From a virus: a DNA stretch of 64,000 nt. Within the stretch, counting starts at the first letter, position 1, and every line of letters begins with the position of its first letter. Position numbers and translations under genes: made by a program. Positions 54,774 through 64,000 of this stretch are shown piece after piece. The stretch is taken from IMG/VR virus record IMGVR_UViG_3300002835_000050, positions 50,551-114,550 of that record; one strand, given 5' to 3'. The notes beneath the pieces are model-generated. The model made no database searches. It worked only from the letters and a program-made list of their open reading frames with translations, and was not told the origin of the DNA.

Positions 54774-55417
54774 TGGCTTACTTGTATAGACATATCAGAT
54801 TAGATAAGAATGAACCTTTTTACATTGGTATTGGAAAAAGTGAATCAGATTATAATAGAGCATACTTTAAATCTAGCAGAAATACATATTGGAAAAATAT
54901 TGTAAATAAAACTGAATATAGAGTAGAAATATTATTAGATGATTTATCTTGGGAAGAAGCTTGTGAAAAAGAAAAAGAATTTATTAAACTGTATGTTAAG
55001 AATACACAAGGAGGACTATTATGTAATATTGCAGATGGTGGAAATGGGGGATATCTTGGTAAAGAGATAAATCTTAAAAGAAAAAAATCATTAATGGGTC
55101 ACCCGGTTAGTGAAAAAACTAAAGAAAAAATTAGATTTAAAGCTATTGGTAGAAAACCTTCTAATGAGACTAAAGAAAAAATGTCTTTAACTCATAAAAA
55201 AAATAAAACTGGTCATTGGTTAGAAAGTAAAGGGCATAAAAATGGTAAAGCATTTAAAGTGTTTCAGTACTCACTTGATGGTATTTTTATTAAAGAATGG
55301 GCTTGTGCAAAATATGCAATAGATTACTATAACTTAAATAAAACTGCAATAACAGATTGTCTGAAAGAAAGACAAAAATCTGCAGGTGGTTTTATTTGGT
55401 CAAACATTTTAAAATAA
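54773..55417 (+). CDS. GIY-YIG homing endonuclease with NUMOD3/NUMOD1 motifs
   Basis: YLYRH...FYIGIG; SEKTKEKI/SNETKEKMS; VFQYSLDG.FIKEW...SAGGFIW. Confidence 0.85.
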   Translation: MAYLYRHIRLDKNEPFYIGIGKSESDYNRAYFKSSRNTYWKNIVNKTEYRVEILLDDLSWEEACEKEKEFIKLYVKNTQGGLLCNIADGGNGGYLGKEINLKRKKSLMGHPVSEKTKEKIRFKAIGRKPSNETKEKMSLTHKKNKTGHWLESKGHKNGKAFKVFQYSLDGIFIKEWACAKYAIDYYNLNKTAITDCLKERQKSAGGFIWSNILK

Positions 55418-55422
55418 AAAAT

Positions 55423-55581
55423 ATGAAATTCAGAAACAGTTGGAAATCAGTAAATAAACAGTGGGATAAAGTATCAATTAGATTGAGAATATCTTCATTG
55501 GATATTTTAACTATAGAAGTAGACATATCTAGAGAATTCTATATGTTTACTTTATTTAACTTAACAATAAAAAATAGATAA
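55423..55581 (+). CDS. Small hypothetical protein
   Basis: Likely start MKFRNSWK. Confidence 0.55.
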   Translation: MKFRNSWKSVNKQWDKVSIRLRISSLDILTIEVDISREFYMFTLFNLTIKNR

Positions 55582-55583
55582 TT

Positions 55584-55934
55584 ATGAAAAAAGCAATGGG
55601 ATTAAGAGGGGCTACTGACGCAATGGATTATTGTAAATCAATGAATAGCAAAGTAGGTAGCATGCTTGAAGGTAGAAAATTTGCTGAAGGAGGTGCAACA
55701 GAAAGTTGTGGACCTGGGGATGGTGGATGTAAATCATCTAAAGCTGCTAGAAAAAATAGAAGACGCGAAGCATGGCACAACTTTAAAGAAGGTGTTGATA
55801 AAGTTAAGGGTCCTATTATAGGTGCGGGTCTTGCAACAGCTGCACTTATAGCTAATAAAAAAGGTCTTTTTGGAAAAGAAGCTAAAGAAGCATTAGGTAT
55901 GAAAAAAGGTGGTTCAGTAAAGAAGAAAAAGTAG
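55584..55934 (+). CDS. Basic protein with xxxGG motifs (possible internal virion protein)
   Basis: KFAEGG, MKKGG; Lys-rich; one hydrophobic segment. Confidence 0.55.
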   Translation: MKKAMGLRGATDAMDYCKSMNSKVGSMLEGRKFAEGGATESCGPGDGGCKSSKAARKNRRREAWHNFKEGVDKVKGPIIGAGLATAALIANKKGLFGKEAKEALGMKKGGSVKKKK

Positions 55935-55957
55935 AATAAATTATCATATATTCTCAG

Positions 55958-55987
55958 ATCCAGGTATTTAGGTATCTGGATTTTTTT
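55958..55987 (+). terminator. Intrinsic terminator
   Basis: ATCCAGGTA/TATCTGGAT plus T-run; TATATTTG follows at 56019-56026. Confidence 0.8.
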
Positions 55988-56048
55988 ATTTAAATGTTTT
56001 ATGTTTAAACTTTTTTAGTATATTTGCTTAAACTTAAAAAGTATAAAA

Positions 56049-56351
56049 ATGGAAAACAATAACCAACAAGAAGAGTTAGAGCAGTTAACTCCAGAGCAAT
56101 TAGCACAAAGAAAGGAAGAAATGAAAGCTTATTTTGATGAGGCTATTCCTTACTTAGAATCACAAGTTAAGTATGAAAAACTTCTTATGGACATAGCTGA
56201 ATCTAAGTTCAAAAAGTTTCAATGGGATACTCAGTTATCTATGGCTATGTATCAAATGCAACACCCAGAAGAACTTGAAACTGAGGAAAGATATGAAACA
56301 GAAGCTGCAGCACAAGAAGATCCTAAAAAAAGAAAACTTAGAAAAGAGTAA
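56049..56351 (+). CDS. Conserved hypothetical protein
   Basis: First ORF of the packaging operon. Confidence 0.65.
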   Translation: MENNNQQEELEQLTPEQLAQRKEEMKAYFDEAIPYLESQVKYEKLLMDIAESKFKKFQWDTQLSMAMYQMQHPEELETEERYETEAAAQEDPKKRKLRKE

Positions 56352-56353
56352 TC

Positions 56354-56731
56354 ATGGCTTTAGTAAATCAAGTTCAGAAAAAGGTTAAGATGCCTAAATG
56401 GGATGTAGTAAAATTCCAAATACTTACACATTGCTTTGTAAATAGAATTGCAATGAGTGAGTCAGACTTGAATTGCTTAACATTATTAAGTTTCAATCAA
56501 CCTATTGAGCTTACACATTTTTGTTATGATGCTTCTTCAGAAGAAGAGTGGATATTTAAATCACCTCAGACTGTTAGAAATTGTATTAATAAAGCTGAAA
56601 AAAATAATTTGGTGGTTAAGGATAGTGAAAATAAAAAAGTCATTATGCTTAACCCCAATTTAAAAATTCAAACTGAAGGTACAATTCTATTAGATTATAA
56701 ATTTTTAGGTCATGAATCCCAAGAAGGCTAA
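56354..56731 (+). CDS. Putative winged-helix protein
   Basis: IFKSPQTVRNCINKAEKNNLV. Confidence 0.55.
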   Translation: MALVNQVQKKVKMPKWDVVKFQILTHCFVNRIAMSESDLNCLTLLSFNQPIELTHFCYDASSEEEWIFKSPQTVRNCINKAEKNNLVVKDSENKKVIMLNPNLKIQTEGTILLDYKFLGHESQEG

Positions 56732-57116
56732 TAAACTTTATAAAGAAGTAGCAGAAGAACTTGATGTATCTGATACACTAGTAGAAGAAACAATAGGTTT
56801 TTATTATAACCATATAAGACAAATGTTAAGTGGTTTAACAGACCCTAGAATAAATGTAGAAGGTCTTGGACATTTTGTAGTGAAAGCTAAAATGGTTAAG
56901 TCAGCTATTCCAAGATATACTAAATCATTAGATAATCATGATACATCTACATTTGCAGCTTATTTTAATAAGAAAGGTATAGAAACAAAACTAGAACTAC
57001 TTATTGAATTAGAGAAAAAGATTATTAAACAGGAAGAAAGAAAAGAAACTTTTAAAAAACTTAAGTATGGCAATAACACTGAAAACAATTTGGAAGGAGA
57101 GACACAAGATAGTTGA
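56712..57116 (+). CDS. HU/IHF-like DNA-binding protein
   Basis: LYKEVAEEL.VS...VEE....Y...INVEGLGHFVVK. Confidence 0.7.
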   Translation: MNPKKANKLYKEVAEELDVSDTLVEETIGFYYNHIRQMLSGLTDPRINVEGLGHFVVKAKMVKSAIPRYTKSLDNHDTSTFAAYFNKKGIETKLELLIELEKKIIKQEERKETFKKLKYGNNTENNLEGETQDS

Positions 57117-57366
57117 AGGTATTAAGAACTCAATTATTAGAGATCAGTTTGTTGAAGAAGTAGCTGCAATGAGACATAGTATTTGTGATGAATGTCCAAG
57201 TAAAGGAAAGAAATGTGTAATGAAAGGCACAGCTCCATGCTGCAATGAATGTGGATGTTCTCTTGGATTTAAGACTAGATCTCTTGCTTCTGACTGTCCA
57301 TTAGGTAAATGGGAAGCTTTGCTTACAGAAGAAGAAGAAGATGCATTAGATAACCTTGAAAACTAA
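57067..57366 (+). CDS. Zinc-binding protein
   Basis: R..ICDECP...CNECGC....KTR.....CPLGKW. Confidence 0.7.
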   Translation: MAITLKTIWKERHKIVEGIKNSIIRDQFVEEVAAMRHSICDECPSKGKKCVMKGTAPCCNECGCSLGFKTRSLASDCPLGKWEALLTEEEEDALDNLEN

Positions 57367-57370
57367 GATT

Positions 57371-57715
57371 ATGGCAAGTTTATCAAATATACAAGGAATA
57401 GTAGTTAATGATCCTACTAAAGTCATTCATGGTCCATCCAATAATACTATTCAAACTGGTCAGGGTTTATGGAGCCAAATACAACAAGGTTCAAAAGGTC
57501 ATTATAATACTGCTATTGATTCTTTTGAAACTGAAATATGGAGATTACAGAAACAATTAGATGATCAAGCTTTAACTATCAAATTAATGAGACTTAAAAT
57601 TCTCGGTATTGAAGGCAAGTTTACACAGGAAGAAATGAGTAATATTAAAAAGATGCTTATGTCAGAAGATGAAGCATCTAGAACATTAGCTGATTCAATT
57701 ATAGAAAATGCTTAA
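57371..57715 (+). CDS. Hypothetical protein with C-terminal MLxSxD motif
   Basis: Motif at 57620-57703. Confidence 0.65.
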   Translation: MASLSNIQGIVVNDPTKVIHGPSNNTIQTGQGLWSQIQQGSKGHYNTAIDSFETEIWRLQKQLDDQALTIKLMRLKILGIEGKFTQEEMSNIKKMLMSEDEASRTLADSIIENA

Positions 57716-57980
57716 TACAGTAGAAGAAATATTTGGAAACATGCATGATATGCAGGAAAGAACTGTACACATGTATACTGGTGCTTATGGTATGGAAATG
57801 GTTTCTCATGCAATGGCTGTAAATAATGCTACTGGTTATTTAGAGTGGGCTATGGAAAGCAACAAAGTTGATAAACAAACTGGAGAAAGATTAATAGAAA
57901 TGTTAAACTCTCCAGATCATGATAATTTTAACCTGGCTTTATTAGCCATAGAACAAATGACAAATGAGCATAATATTTAG
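57708..57980 (+). CDS. Hypothetical protein with C-terminal MLxSxDxDN motif
   Basis: Motif at 57867-57950. Confidence 0.65.
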   Translation: MLNTVEEIFGNMHDMQERTVHMYTGAYGMEMVSHAMAVNNATGYLEWAMESNKVDKQTGERLIEMLNSPDHDNFNLALLAIEQMTNEHNI

Positions 57981-58800
57981 TGCAATAGATCATTCATACA
58001 AAAGTATTGATGATACAGATAACATTGACTGGGTTAGTGTTACTACTTTGATATCACATTTAAAGAAATCTTTTGATGCTAAATCAACAGCTGCAAAAGT
58101 TTCTAAAAATAAAAGATCAAAATGGTATGGTATTGAACCAGCTAAAATAGAATCTATTTGGAAAAATGAAGCTGATAGAGCTACTACATTAGGAACATTC
58201 TATCATAACCAAAGAGAGACTGATTTATGTTCTCTTGCTTCTATGGAAAGAGAAGGTGTTACTATTCCAATTATAGTACCTTCTGGTGAAACAAATGGAT
58301 TAAGATTTGCACCTATACAGAAACTTGAAGCTGGAATATATCCTGAACATATGGTATATTTAAAGTCTGCAGGTATTTGTGGTCAATCAGATTTAGTAGA
58401 AGTAGTTAATGGTAAAGTAAATATCATTGACTATAAGACTAATAAAGAAATTAAGACAGAATCATTTGTAAACTGGGAAGGAGCCTCTGATAAACTGCTT
58501 GAGCCTATAAATCATTTAGATGATTGTAACTTTAATCATTATGCACTACAGCTTAGTATTTATATGTATATTATATTAAAGCATAACCCAAAATTAAAAC
58601 CTGGTAGAATATTTATACACCATGTTATATTTGAACAAGCTGGGGAAGATGATTATGGATATCCTATTACTCAACTAGATAATGATGGTAACCCAATTGT
58701 AAAAGAAGTTATTCCTATTCCAATACCATATTTAGTAGATGAAGTAATTAGTATTATTCATTATTTGCAACAGAATAAACATAAAATTAAAAAGAAATGA
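57964..58800 (+). CDS. PD-(D/E)XK exonuclease
   Basis: SVTTLI...GTFYH...E...CGQSDL...IIDYKTN...YALQLSIY. Confidence 0.85.
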   Translation: MSIIFSAIDHSYKSIDDTDNIDWVSVTTLISHLKKSFDAKSTAAKVSKNKRSKWYGIEPAKIESIWKNEADRATTLGTFYHNQRETDLCSLASMEREGVTIPIIVPSGETNGLRFAPIQKLEAGIYPEHMVYLKSAGICGQSDLVEVVNGKVNIIDYKTNKEIKTESFVNWEGASDKLLEPINHLDDCNFNHYALQLSIYMYIILKHNPKLKPGRIFIHHVIFEQAGEDDYGYPITQLDNDGNPIVKEVIPIPIPYLVDEVISIIHYLQQNKHKIKKK

Positions 58801-59312
58801 TAGTAAGATTATTTGATGTACAAAATGGTGTAGTAGTTCCCACAGAACATTGCTATACATTAAAGGCACTTAAGGATGTTATGGATAATTATCCTGATGA
58901 TTATCTTAAGATCTATTTGTATTTATTTTATATGACTTGTCCTAATCCAGATATGAATCCTTTCTTTCATACTCCTGAAATAGATAAAGAACATATCATA
59001 TTAACAGAGATTCAAGCAGAATTTTCTACAGAAGATACAGATATATTTATTGCATTAGAATTTTGTAAAAGAATGTATGAGACTCCAACATCTAGAGCAT
59101 ACAAAGGTATGGCATCTATGTTAGATAGATTAGCTAGATATATGGAAACTACAAGTATTACAGCAGGAAGAGATGGTAACATTAATTCACTAGTTGCTGC
59201 AGCCAAAAACTTTGACCAGATTAGAGCATCATTTAAAGGAGTGTATAAAGATCTTCAAGATGAACAATCTAGCAAAGTTCGCGGAGGCCAGGGGCTTGCG
59301 TATGATTCTTAA
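58797..59312 (+). CDS. Conserved protein upstream of TerL (possible small terminase)
   Basis: Position; C-terminal KVRGG. Confidence 0.5.
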   Translation: MIVRLFDVQNGVVVPTEHCYTLKALKDVMDNYPDDYLKIYLYLFYMTCPNPDMNPFFHTPEIDKEHIILTEIQAEFSTEDTDIFIALEFCKRMYETPTSRAYKGMASMLDRLARYMETTSITAGRDGNINSLVAAAKNFDQIRASFKGVYKDLQDEQSSKVRGGQGLAYDS

Positions 59313-59333
59313 CTTATTAATAATCAAACACTT

Positions 59334-61535
59334 ATGAGTGAGATATATCAAGATATACCCTGTTGGGATAATGGAGTTTGGACTACAGTTAGTTTTGAGT
59401 CTAGAGAAGAATATGCTAATGCTATAAAAGAACTTTTTAAAGAACCAGGTCAGTATCAGTTTGATGAAACAAGTTTTATATTTAATGAACAATCTATAAA
59501 ATTTAATCAGAATAAAGTATACTGCACAGCTCCTTTTAAATCTAAAGACTTTATAAACTACTGGGATGATCAAAAACACAAATGTAGAAAAGGAGTCTTT
59601 TATATAAACAAAGATAAGAAGTGGTTTATTACTAGAGACTATTACATGTGGTTAAACTTCTTACCTATCTTTGATAAAGAAGAACAAAACTTTGGATTTG
59701 CTAAAGTAAGAGATGCTCAGTATCATATGGCTCTATATGAACTGTTAGCAGAACTTAATTATAAGCATGTAGCTATTCTAAAGAAACGTCAGATAGCTTC
59801 TTCTTATTTTCACATGTCTAAGTTACTTAATCAGCTTTGGTTTGAAGCAGGGGTAACTTTAAAGATGGGAGCCAGTCTTAAGGATTATATTAATGAGAAA
59901 GGTTCTTGGAAGTTTATGTCTGAATATGCAGCATTCTTAAATGAACATACTGCATGGTATAGACCAATGTCTCCGGATAAAGTATTAATGTGGCAACAAA
60001 AGATTGAAGTTAGAAAAGGAGATAGAAAAACAGAAGTAGGTTTAAAGGGTACTATGCAAGGTATGTCTTTTGAGAAAGATCCTACAAATGGTGTAGGGGG
60101 TCCAGTAAAATACTTCTTTCATGAGGAAGCTGGTATTGCTCCTAAGATGGATTTAACATATGAGTACATGCGTCCAGCTATGGCTTCTGGTTTAATTACT
60201 ACAGGAATGTTTATTGCTGCAGGATCTGTAGGGGATTTATCTCAGTGTGAGCCATTAAGAAAAATGATATTATCTCCTGGAGATAGTGATGTATATGCTG
60301 TTGAAACTAATCTTATAGATTCAAAAGGTACTCATGGTATGTCAGGTTTATTTATTCCTGAGCAATGGTCAATGCCTCCATATATAGATGATTATGGTAA
60401 TTCACTTGTAGAAGAAGCATTAAAAGCTTTAGATGAGCAATTTGCAATTTGGAAGAAAGAACTTGATCCAGAAACTTATCAGTTAAGAATATCTCAGAGA
60501 CCAAGAAACATTGAAGAAGCTTTTGCACACAGATCTGTATCTGTATTTCCTCCACATCTTGTTGCTGCACAAGCTAGAAGAATAGAAGAAAAAGAATATG
60601 CATATGAGTTCTTAGATATTAGCACAGATGAGAATGGTAAACCTACTGTTAAAGCATCTAATAAACAACCTATTAAAGAATTTCCTATTACAAAAAAGAC
60701 TGAAGATAAAACAGGTTGTTTAGTAGTATGGGAAAGACCTATAAAAGATCCTACTTTTGGTCAGTATTATGCTTCTATTGACCCTGTGTCAGAGGGTAAG
60801 ACAACTACTTCAGAATCATTATGTTCTATTTACATAATGAAAGCTCCAGTAGAAGTTACTAAAGTAACAGGGATTGAGACAGAAACATACATAGAACCAG
60901 ATAGAATTGTAGCTACATGGTGTGGTAGGTTTGATGATCTTAACAAAACACATCAAAGACTAGAATTAATTATAGAATGGTATAATGCTTGGACATTGAT
61001 AGAGAACAATATCTCACTATTTATCCAGTACATGATATCTAGAAAAAAACAAAAGTACTTAGTACCTAAGAGTCAGATCATGTTCTTAAAAGATCTTGGT
61101 TCTAATACTAACGTATTCCAGGAGTATGGATGGAAAAATACAGGCACATTATTTAAACAACATCTTCTTAACTATGCAATAGAGTATACTAAAGAAGAGT
61201 TAGATATTGAAACAAAAACCGATGGTACAATTGTACGGACAAAGTACGGTATAGAAAGAATACCAGATCCTATGTTATTAGTAGAGATGAGAGAATATGC
61301 TCCAGGTGTCAATGTGGATAGATTAGTTTCTTTCTGCGCACTTGTAGCTTTTATGAGAATACAACAAGCAAATAGAGGATATGCAAAAAGAGTTATCATG
61401 GATGATGCTGCTAAAAACTTGCAAAAGTCAGAAAATTTGTTTAAATTAAATAGAAGTCCGTTTAGACACATGGGGAGGGGTCAACTTGCAAATGGTCAGA
61501 CACATAAAAGATCCCCATTTAAAAACTTAAAGTAA
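59334..61535 (+). CDS. terL: Terminase large subunit
   Basis: LKKRQIASS (Walker A variant), FFHEEAG (Walker B), nuclease SIDP, IENN, NVDR; precedes the portal. Confidence 0.9.
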   Translation: MSEIYQDIPCWDNGVWTTVSFESREEYANAIKELFKEPGQYQFDETSFIFNEQSIKFNQNKVYCTAPFKSKDFINYWDDQKHKCRKGVFYINKDKKWFITRDYYMWLNFLPIFDKEEQNFGFAKVRDAQYHMALYELLAELNYKHVAILKKRQIASSYFHMSKLLNQLWFEAGVTLKMGASLKDYINEKGSWKFMSEYAAFLNEHTAWYRPMSPDKVLMWQQKIEVRKGDRKTEVGLKGTMQGMSFEKDPTNGVGGPVKYFFHEEAGIAPKMDLTYEYMRPAMASGLITTGMFIAAGSVGDLSQCEPLRKMILSPGDSDVYAVETNLIDSKGTHGMSGLFIPEQWSMPPYIDDYGNSLVEEALKALDEQFAIWKKELDPETYQLRISQRPRNIEEAFAHRSVSVFPPHLVAAQARRIEEKEYAYEFLDISTDENGKPTVKASNKQPIKEFPITKKTEDKTGCLVVWERPIKDPTFGQYYASIDPVSEGKTTTSESLCSIYIMKAPVEVTKVTGIETETYIEPDRIVATWCGRFDDLNKTHQRLELIIEWYNAWTLIENNISLFIQYMISRKKQKYLVPKSQIMFLKDLGSNTNVFQEYGWKNTGTLFKQHLLNYAIEYTKEELDIETKTDGTIVRTKYGIERIPDPMLLVEMREYAPGVNVDRLVSFCALVAFMRIQQANRGYAKRVIMDDAAKNLQKSENLFKLNRSPFRHMGRGQLANGQTHKRSPFKNLK

Positions 61536-61541
61536 AGGAAT

Positions 61542-64000
61542 ATGCAAATTATAAATGCAATGCAAGCCAAGAGTGGAGCTAAAACTGATAATAACAGAAT
61601 AGCTTCAATCACACAACCATTACAATTCATTCCTAAAAAGGAAAAGGATGAGCAATGGGCTGCTTGGAACCTAGACTGGATTGAATGGCAAGGGCTAAAA
61701 CAAATCCGTAGAAATGCTAGAAGATTAATGAAGAATTATAAACTAGCAAAAGGTGTTATTGATAAGTCTGACTATATAGTTGAGGATGATAATGAATACA
61801 GAGATATTGTTGAAGTACTTACTAAAGAAGATCAGTCTGCTCTAGAATTAAAGTTTTACCCTATTATCCCAAATGTTATTAATGTTCTAGTAGCTGAATT
61901 TGCTAAAAGATCAACTAAACTTACTTACCGTGCTACTGATGAGTTCTCATATAATGAGATGATGGAGCAAAAAAGAAAGATGGTTGAAGAGACTTTGCTT
62001 TCTGATGCACAAATTAAACTTACTGCAGCTTTATTAGAACAAGGATTAGATCCTGATTCAGAAGAAGCACAACAACAAATGTCACCAGACAATCTTAAAA
62101 CTTTACCAGAGATTGAGCAATTCTTTAAAAAGGATTATAGATCAATGGTAGAAGAATGGGCAAGTCATCAACATAAAGTAGATGTTGAAAGATTTAAAAT
62201 GGATGAACTAGAAGAAAGAGGTTTCCGTGATATGCTTATTACAGATAGAGAGTTCTGGCATTTCCGTATGATGGAAGATGATTATGAAGTAGAACTTTGG
62301 AATCCAGCAATTACATTCTATCACAAATCTCCAGACTCAAGATACATATCTCAATCTAACTGGGTTGGTAAAACAGATATGATGACAGCATCAGATGTTA
62401 TTGATAGATATGGTTACATCATGACTGAAGAGCAGCTTGCTGCATTAGAAGCTGTTTATCCAATTAGATCTGCAGGATATACTATCGGAGGTATGCAAAA
62501 TGATGGTTCATTCTATGATGGTACTAGATCACATGAATGGAATACTAATATGCCTTCATTAGCTTACAGACAATATACATCAGCTATGGCAGGTACTGTT
62601 GTAGGTCAAGGTGATATCATTAATGAGATTTTAATGGAAGGTGAAGATTACCATGATCAAGGTACAGCTTTCTTATTAAGAGTTTCTACAATATATTGGA
62701 AGTCTCAAAGAAAAGTTGGACATCTTACAAGTGTTGCTGAAAATGGTGAGGTTACTAATGAAATAGTTACTGAAGATTATAAAATTGAGAATAAACCAAT
62801 TTATGATACAAGACTATTTAAAAATAAAAGCAAAGATAATTTATTGTATGGTGATCACATTGATTGGATATGGATCAATGAAGTTTGGGGTGGTGTAAAA
62901 GTTGGACCAAATTTACCTTCATTCTGGGGTATGAATAATCCTGGAGGATTCTCTCCTATCTATATTGGTATTGATAAGAATCATATTGGTCCTTTAAGAT
63001 TTCAATTTAAAGGAGATTCAACTTTATATGGTTGTAAACTTCCTGTTGAAGGATCTGTATTCTCAGATAGAAATACTAAGTCAACTGCATTATTAGACTT
63101 AATGAAACCTTTCCAGATTGGATATAACATAGTAAATAACCAGATTGCTGATATATTAGTAGATGAGTTAGGTACAATTATCATGTTAGACCAGAACACA
63201 CTTCCTAGACACTCTTTAGGTGAAGATTGGGGTAAAGGTAATTTAGCTAAAGCATATGTAGCAATGAAGGATTTCCAAATGCTTCCTCTTGATACATCTA
63301 TTACAAATACAGAGAATGCATTAAACTTCCAACATTTCCAAAAACTTGATCTATCTCAGACAGAGAGATTAATGTCTAGGATTAATATTGCAAACTACTT
63401 TAAACAACAAGCATATGAAGTAATTGGTGTTAACCCACAAAGAATGGGACAACAATTATCACAACAAACTGCTACTGGAGTAGAACAAGCTGTTAGTTCA
63501 TCTTATGCTCAAACTGAAATATTCTTTATTCAGCATTGTGATTATTTAATGCCAAGAGTACATCAGATGAGAACTGACTTGGCTCAATTCTATCATTCAA
63601 CAAAACCTTCATCAAGACTTACATATATTACAGGAGCTGATGAAAAAGTTAATTTCCAGATAAATGGTACTGACTTGTTAATGAGAGACTTGAATATTTT
63701 CTGTACAACTACTGCAAACCATAGAGCTGTTCTTGAGCAACTTAAACAAATGGCTTTACAAAATAATACAACAGGAGCTTCTATTTATGATCTTGGTAAA
63801 ATTGTACAATCAGATTCTATTGCAGAACTTAATACAGTTCTTAAAGCATCTGAAGCTAAACAACAACAAGAAAAACAACAAGAACAACAGTCTCAACAAC
63901 AAATGCAACAAGAGCAATTAGCTTCTCAAGAAAAACAACAACAAGCACTGATTCAAGCTGAAGCTGAAAAACAAGCTAGACAACTTGAAAATAATGTAGT
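61542..64000 (+). CDS. Portal protein, crAss-like (3' truncated)
   Basis: ATG at 61542; N-terminal part translated by hand includes LKFYPIIPNVINVLVAEFAKR; follows terL; absent from the track, consistent with no stop inside the window. Confidence 0.85.
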   Translation, partial: MQIINAMQAKSGAKTDNNRIASITQPLQFIPKKEKDEQWAAWNLDWIEWQGLKQIRRNARRLMKNYKLAKGVIDKSDYIVEDDNEYRDIVEVLTKEDQSALELKFYPIIPNVINVLVAEFAKRSTKLTYRATDEFSYNEMMEQKRKMVEETLLSDAQIKLTAALLEQGLDPDSEEAQQQMSPDNLKTLPEIEQFFKKDYRSMVEEWASHQHKVDVERFKMDELEERGFRDMLITDREFWHFRMMEDDYEVELWNPAITFYHKSPDSRYISQSNWVGKTDMMTASDVIDRYGYIMTEEQLAALEAVYPIRSAGYTIGGMQNDGSFYDGTRSHEWNTNMPSLAYRQYTSAMAGTVVGQGDIINEILMEGEDYHDQGTAFLLRVSTIYWKSQRKVGHLTSVAENGEVTNEIVTEDYKIENKPIYDTRLFKNKSKDNLLYGDHIDWIWINEVWGGVKVGPNLPSFWGMNNPGGFSPIYIGIDKNHIGPLRFQFKGDSTLYGCKLPVEGSVFSDRNTKSTALLDLMKPFQIGYNIVNNQIADILVDELGTIIMLDQNTLPRHSLGEDWGKGNLAKAYVAMKDFQMLPLDTSITNTENALNFQHFQKLDLSQTERLMSRINIANYFKQQAYEVIGVNPQRMGQQLSQQTATGVEQAVSSSYAQTEIFFIQHCDYLMPRVHQMRTDLAQFYHSTKPSSRLTYITGADEKVNFQINGTDLLMRDLNIFCTTTANHRAVLEQLKQMALQNNTTGASIYDLGKIVQSDSIAELNTVLKASEAKQQQEKQQEQQSQQQMQQEQLASQEKQQQALIQAEAEKQARQLENNV

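Noticed and set aside
1977-63921. Short antisense or out-of-frame ORFs in the track (e.g. 1977-2159, 4009-4221, 11058-11288, 24315-24572, 44756-45073, 59229-59579, 61172-61471, 63002-63199, 63733-63921)
   Set aside because: They are shadows of longer, motif-bearing genes on the opposite strand or in another frame.
1-64000. Alternative genetic code (TAG or TGA reassignment, known in some crAss-like phages)
   Set aside because: Polymerase, terminase and helicase ORFs are intact in the standard code; TAG and TGA end genes at tight junctions; no suppressor tRNA could be assigned.

Overview
A 64-kb segment of an AT-rich crAss-like (Crassvirales-type) phage. The host is probably in Bacteroidota, judged from TAnnTTTG promoters and Bacteroidetes-type signal peptides. 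It uses the standard genetic code. Layout: (i) 1-3083 (+), the C-terminal part of a very large virion/ejection protein with an inserted LysM domain, plus a small basic protein; (ii) about 3.1-40.8 kb, mostly (-), an early/middle block with family-B DNA polymerase, primase, DnaB, SSB-like protein, AAA_24 ATPase, UDG, SF2 helicase, nucleases, a MoxR AAA+/VWA-metallopeptidase cluster, ClpS, a thioesterase and a dense array of tiny genes; (iii) a G/C-tract-rich switch point at about 40.9 kb; (iv) 41.1-64 kb (+), with an AlkB-like oxygenase, candidate ncRNAs, tRNA-Cys, putative anti-defence sponge proteins, GroES, modular fibre/decoration proteins, a lysis cassette, an HU/IHF-like protein, terminase large subunit and portal (truncated). 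Most notable unexplained structure: four template-strand GCC-GNA-GGC mini-hairpin elements heading single-gene early cassettes (candidate virion-RNAP promoters, N4-like); mini-gene arrays joined by direct repeats that carry the start codon (cassette-like gene capture); a gapless 28-aa M-L-x-S-x-D-x-[DE]-N motif shared by five otherwise unrelated proteins, two of which flank the MoxR/VWA pair; and a tRNA-like RNA with an expanded anticodon arm next to a second structured RNA. All family assignments come from motif recognition by eye; no database searches were run.
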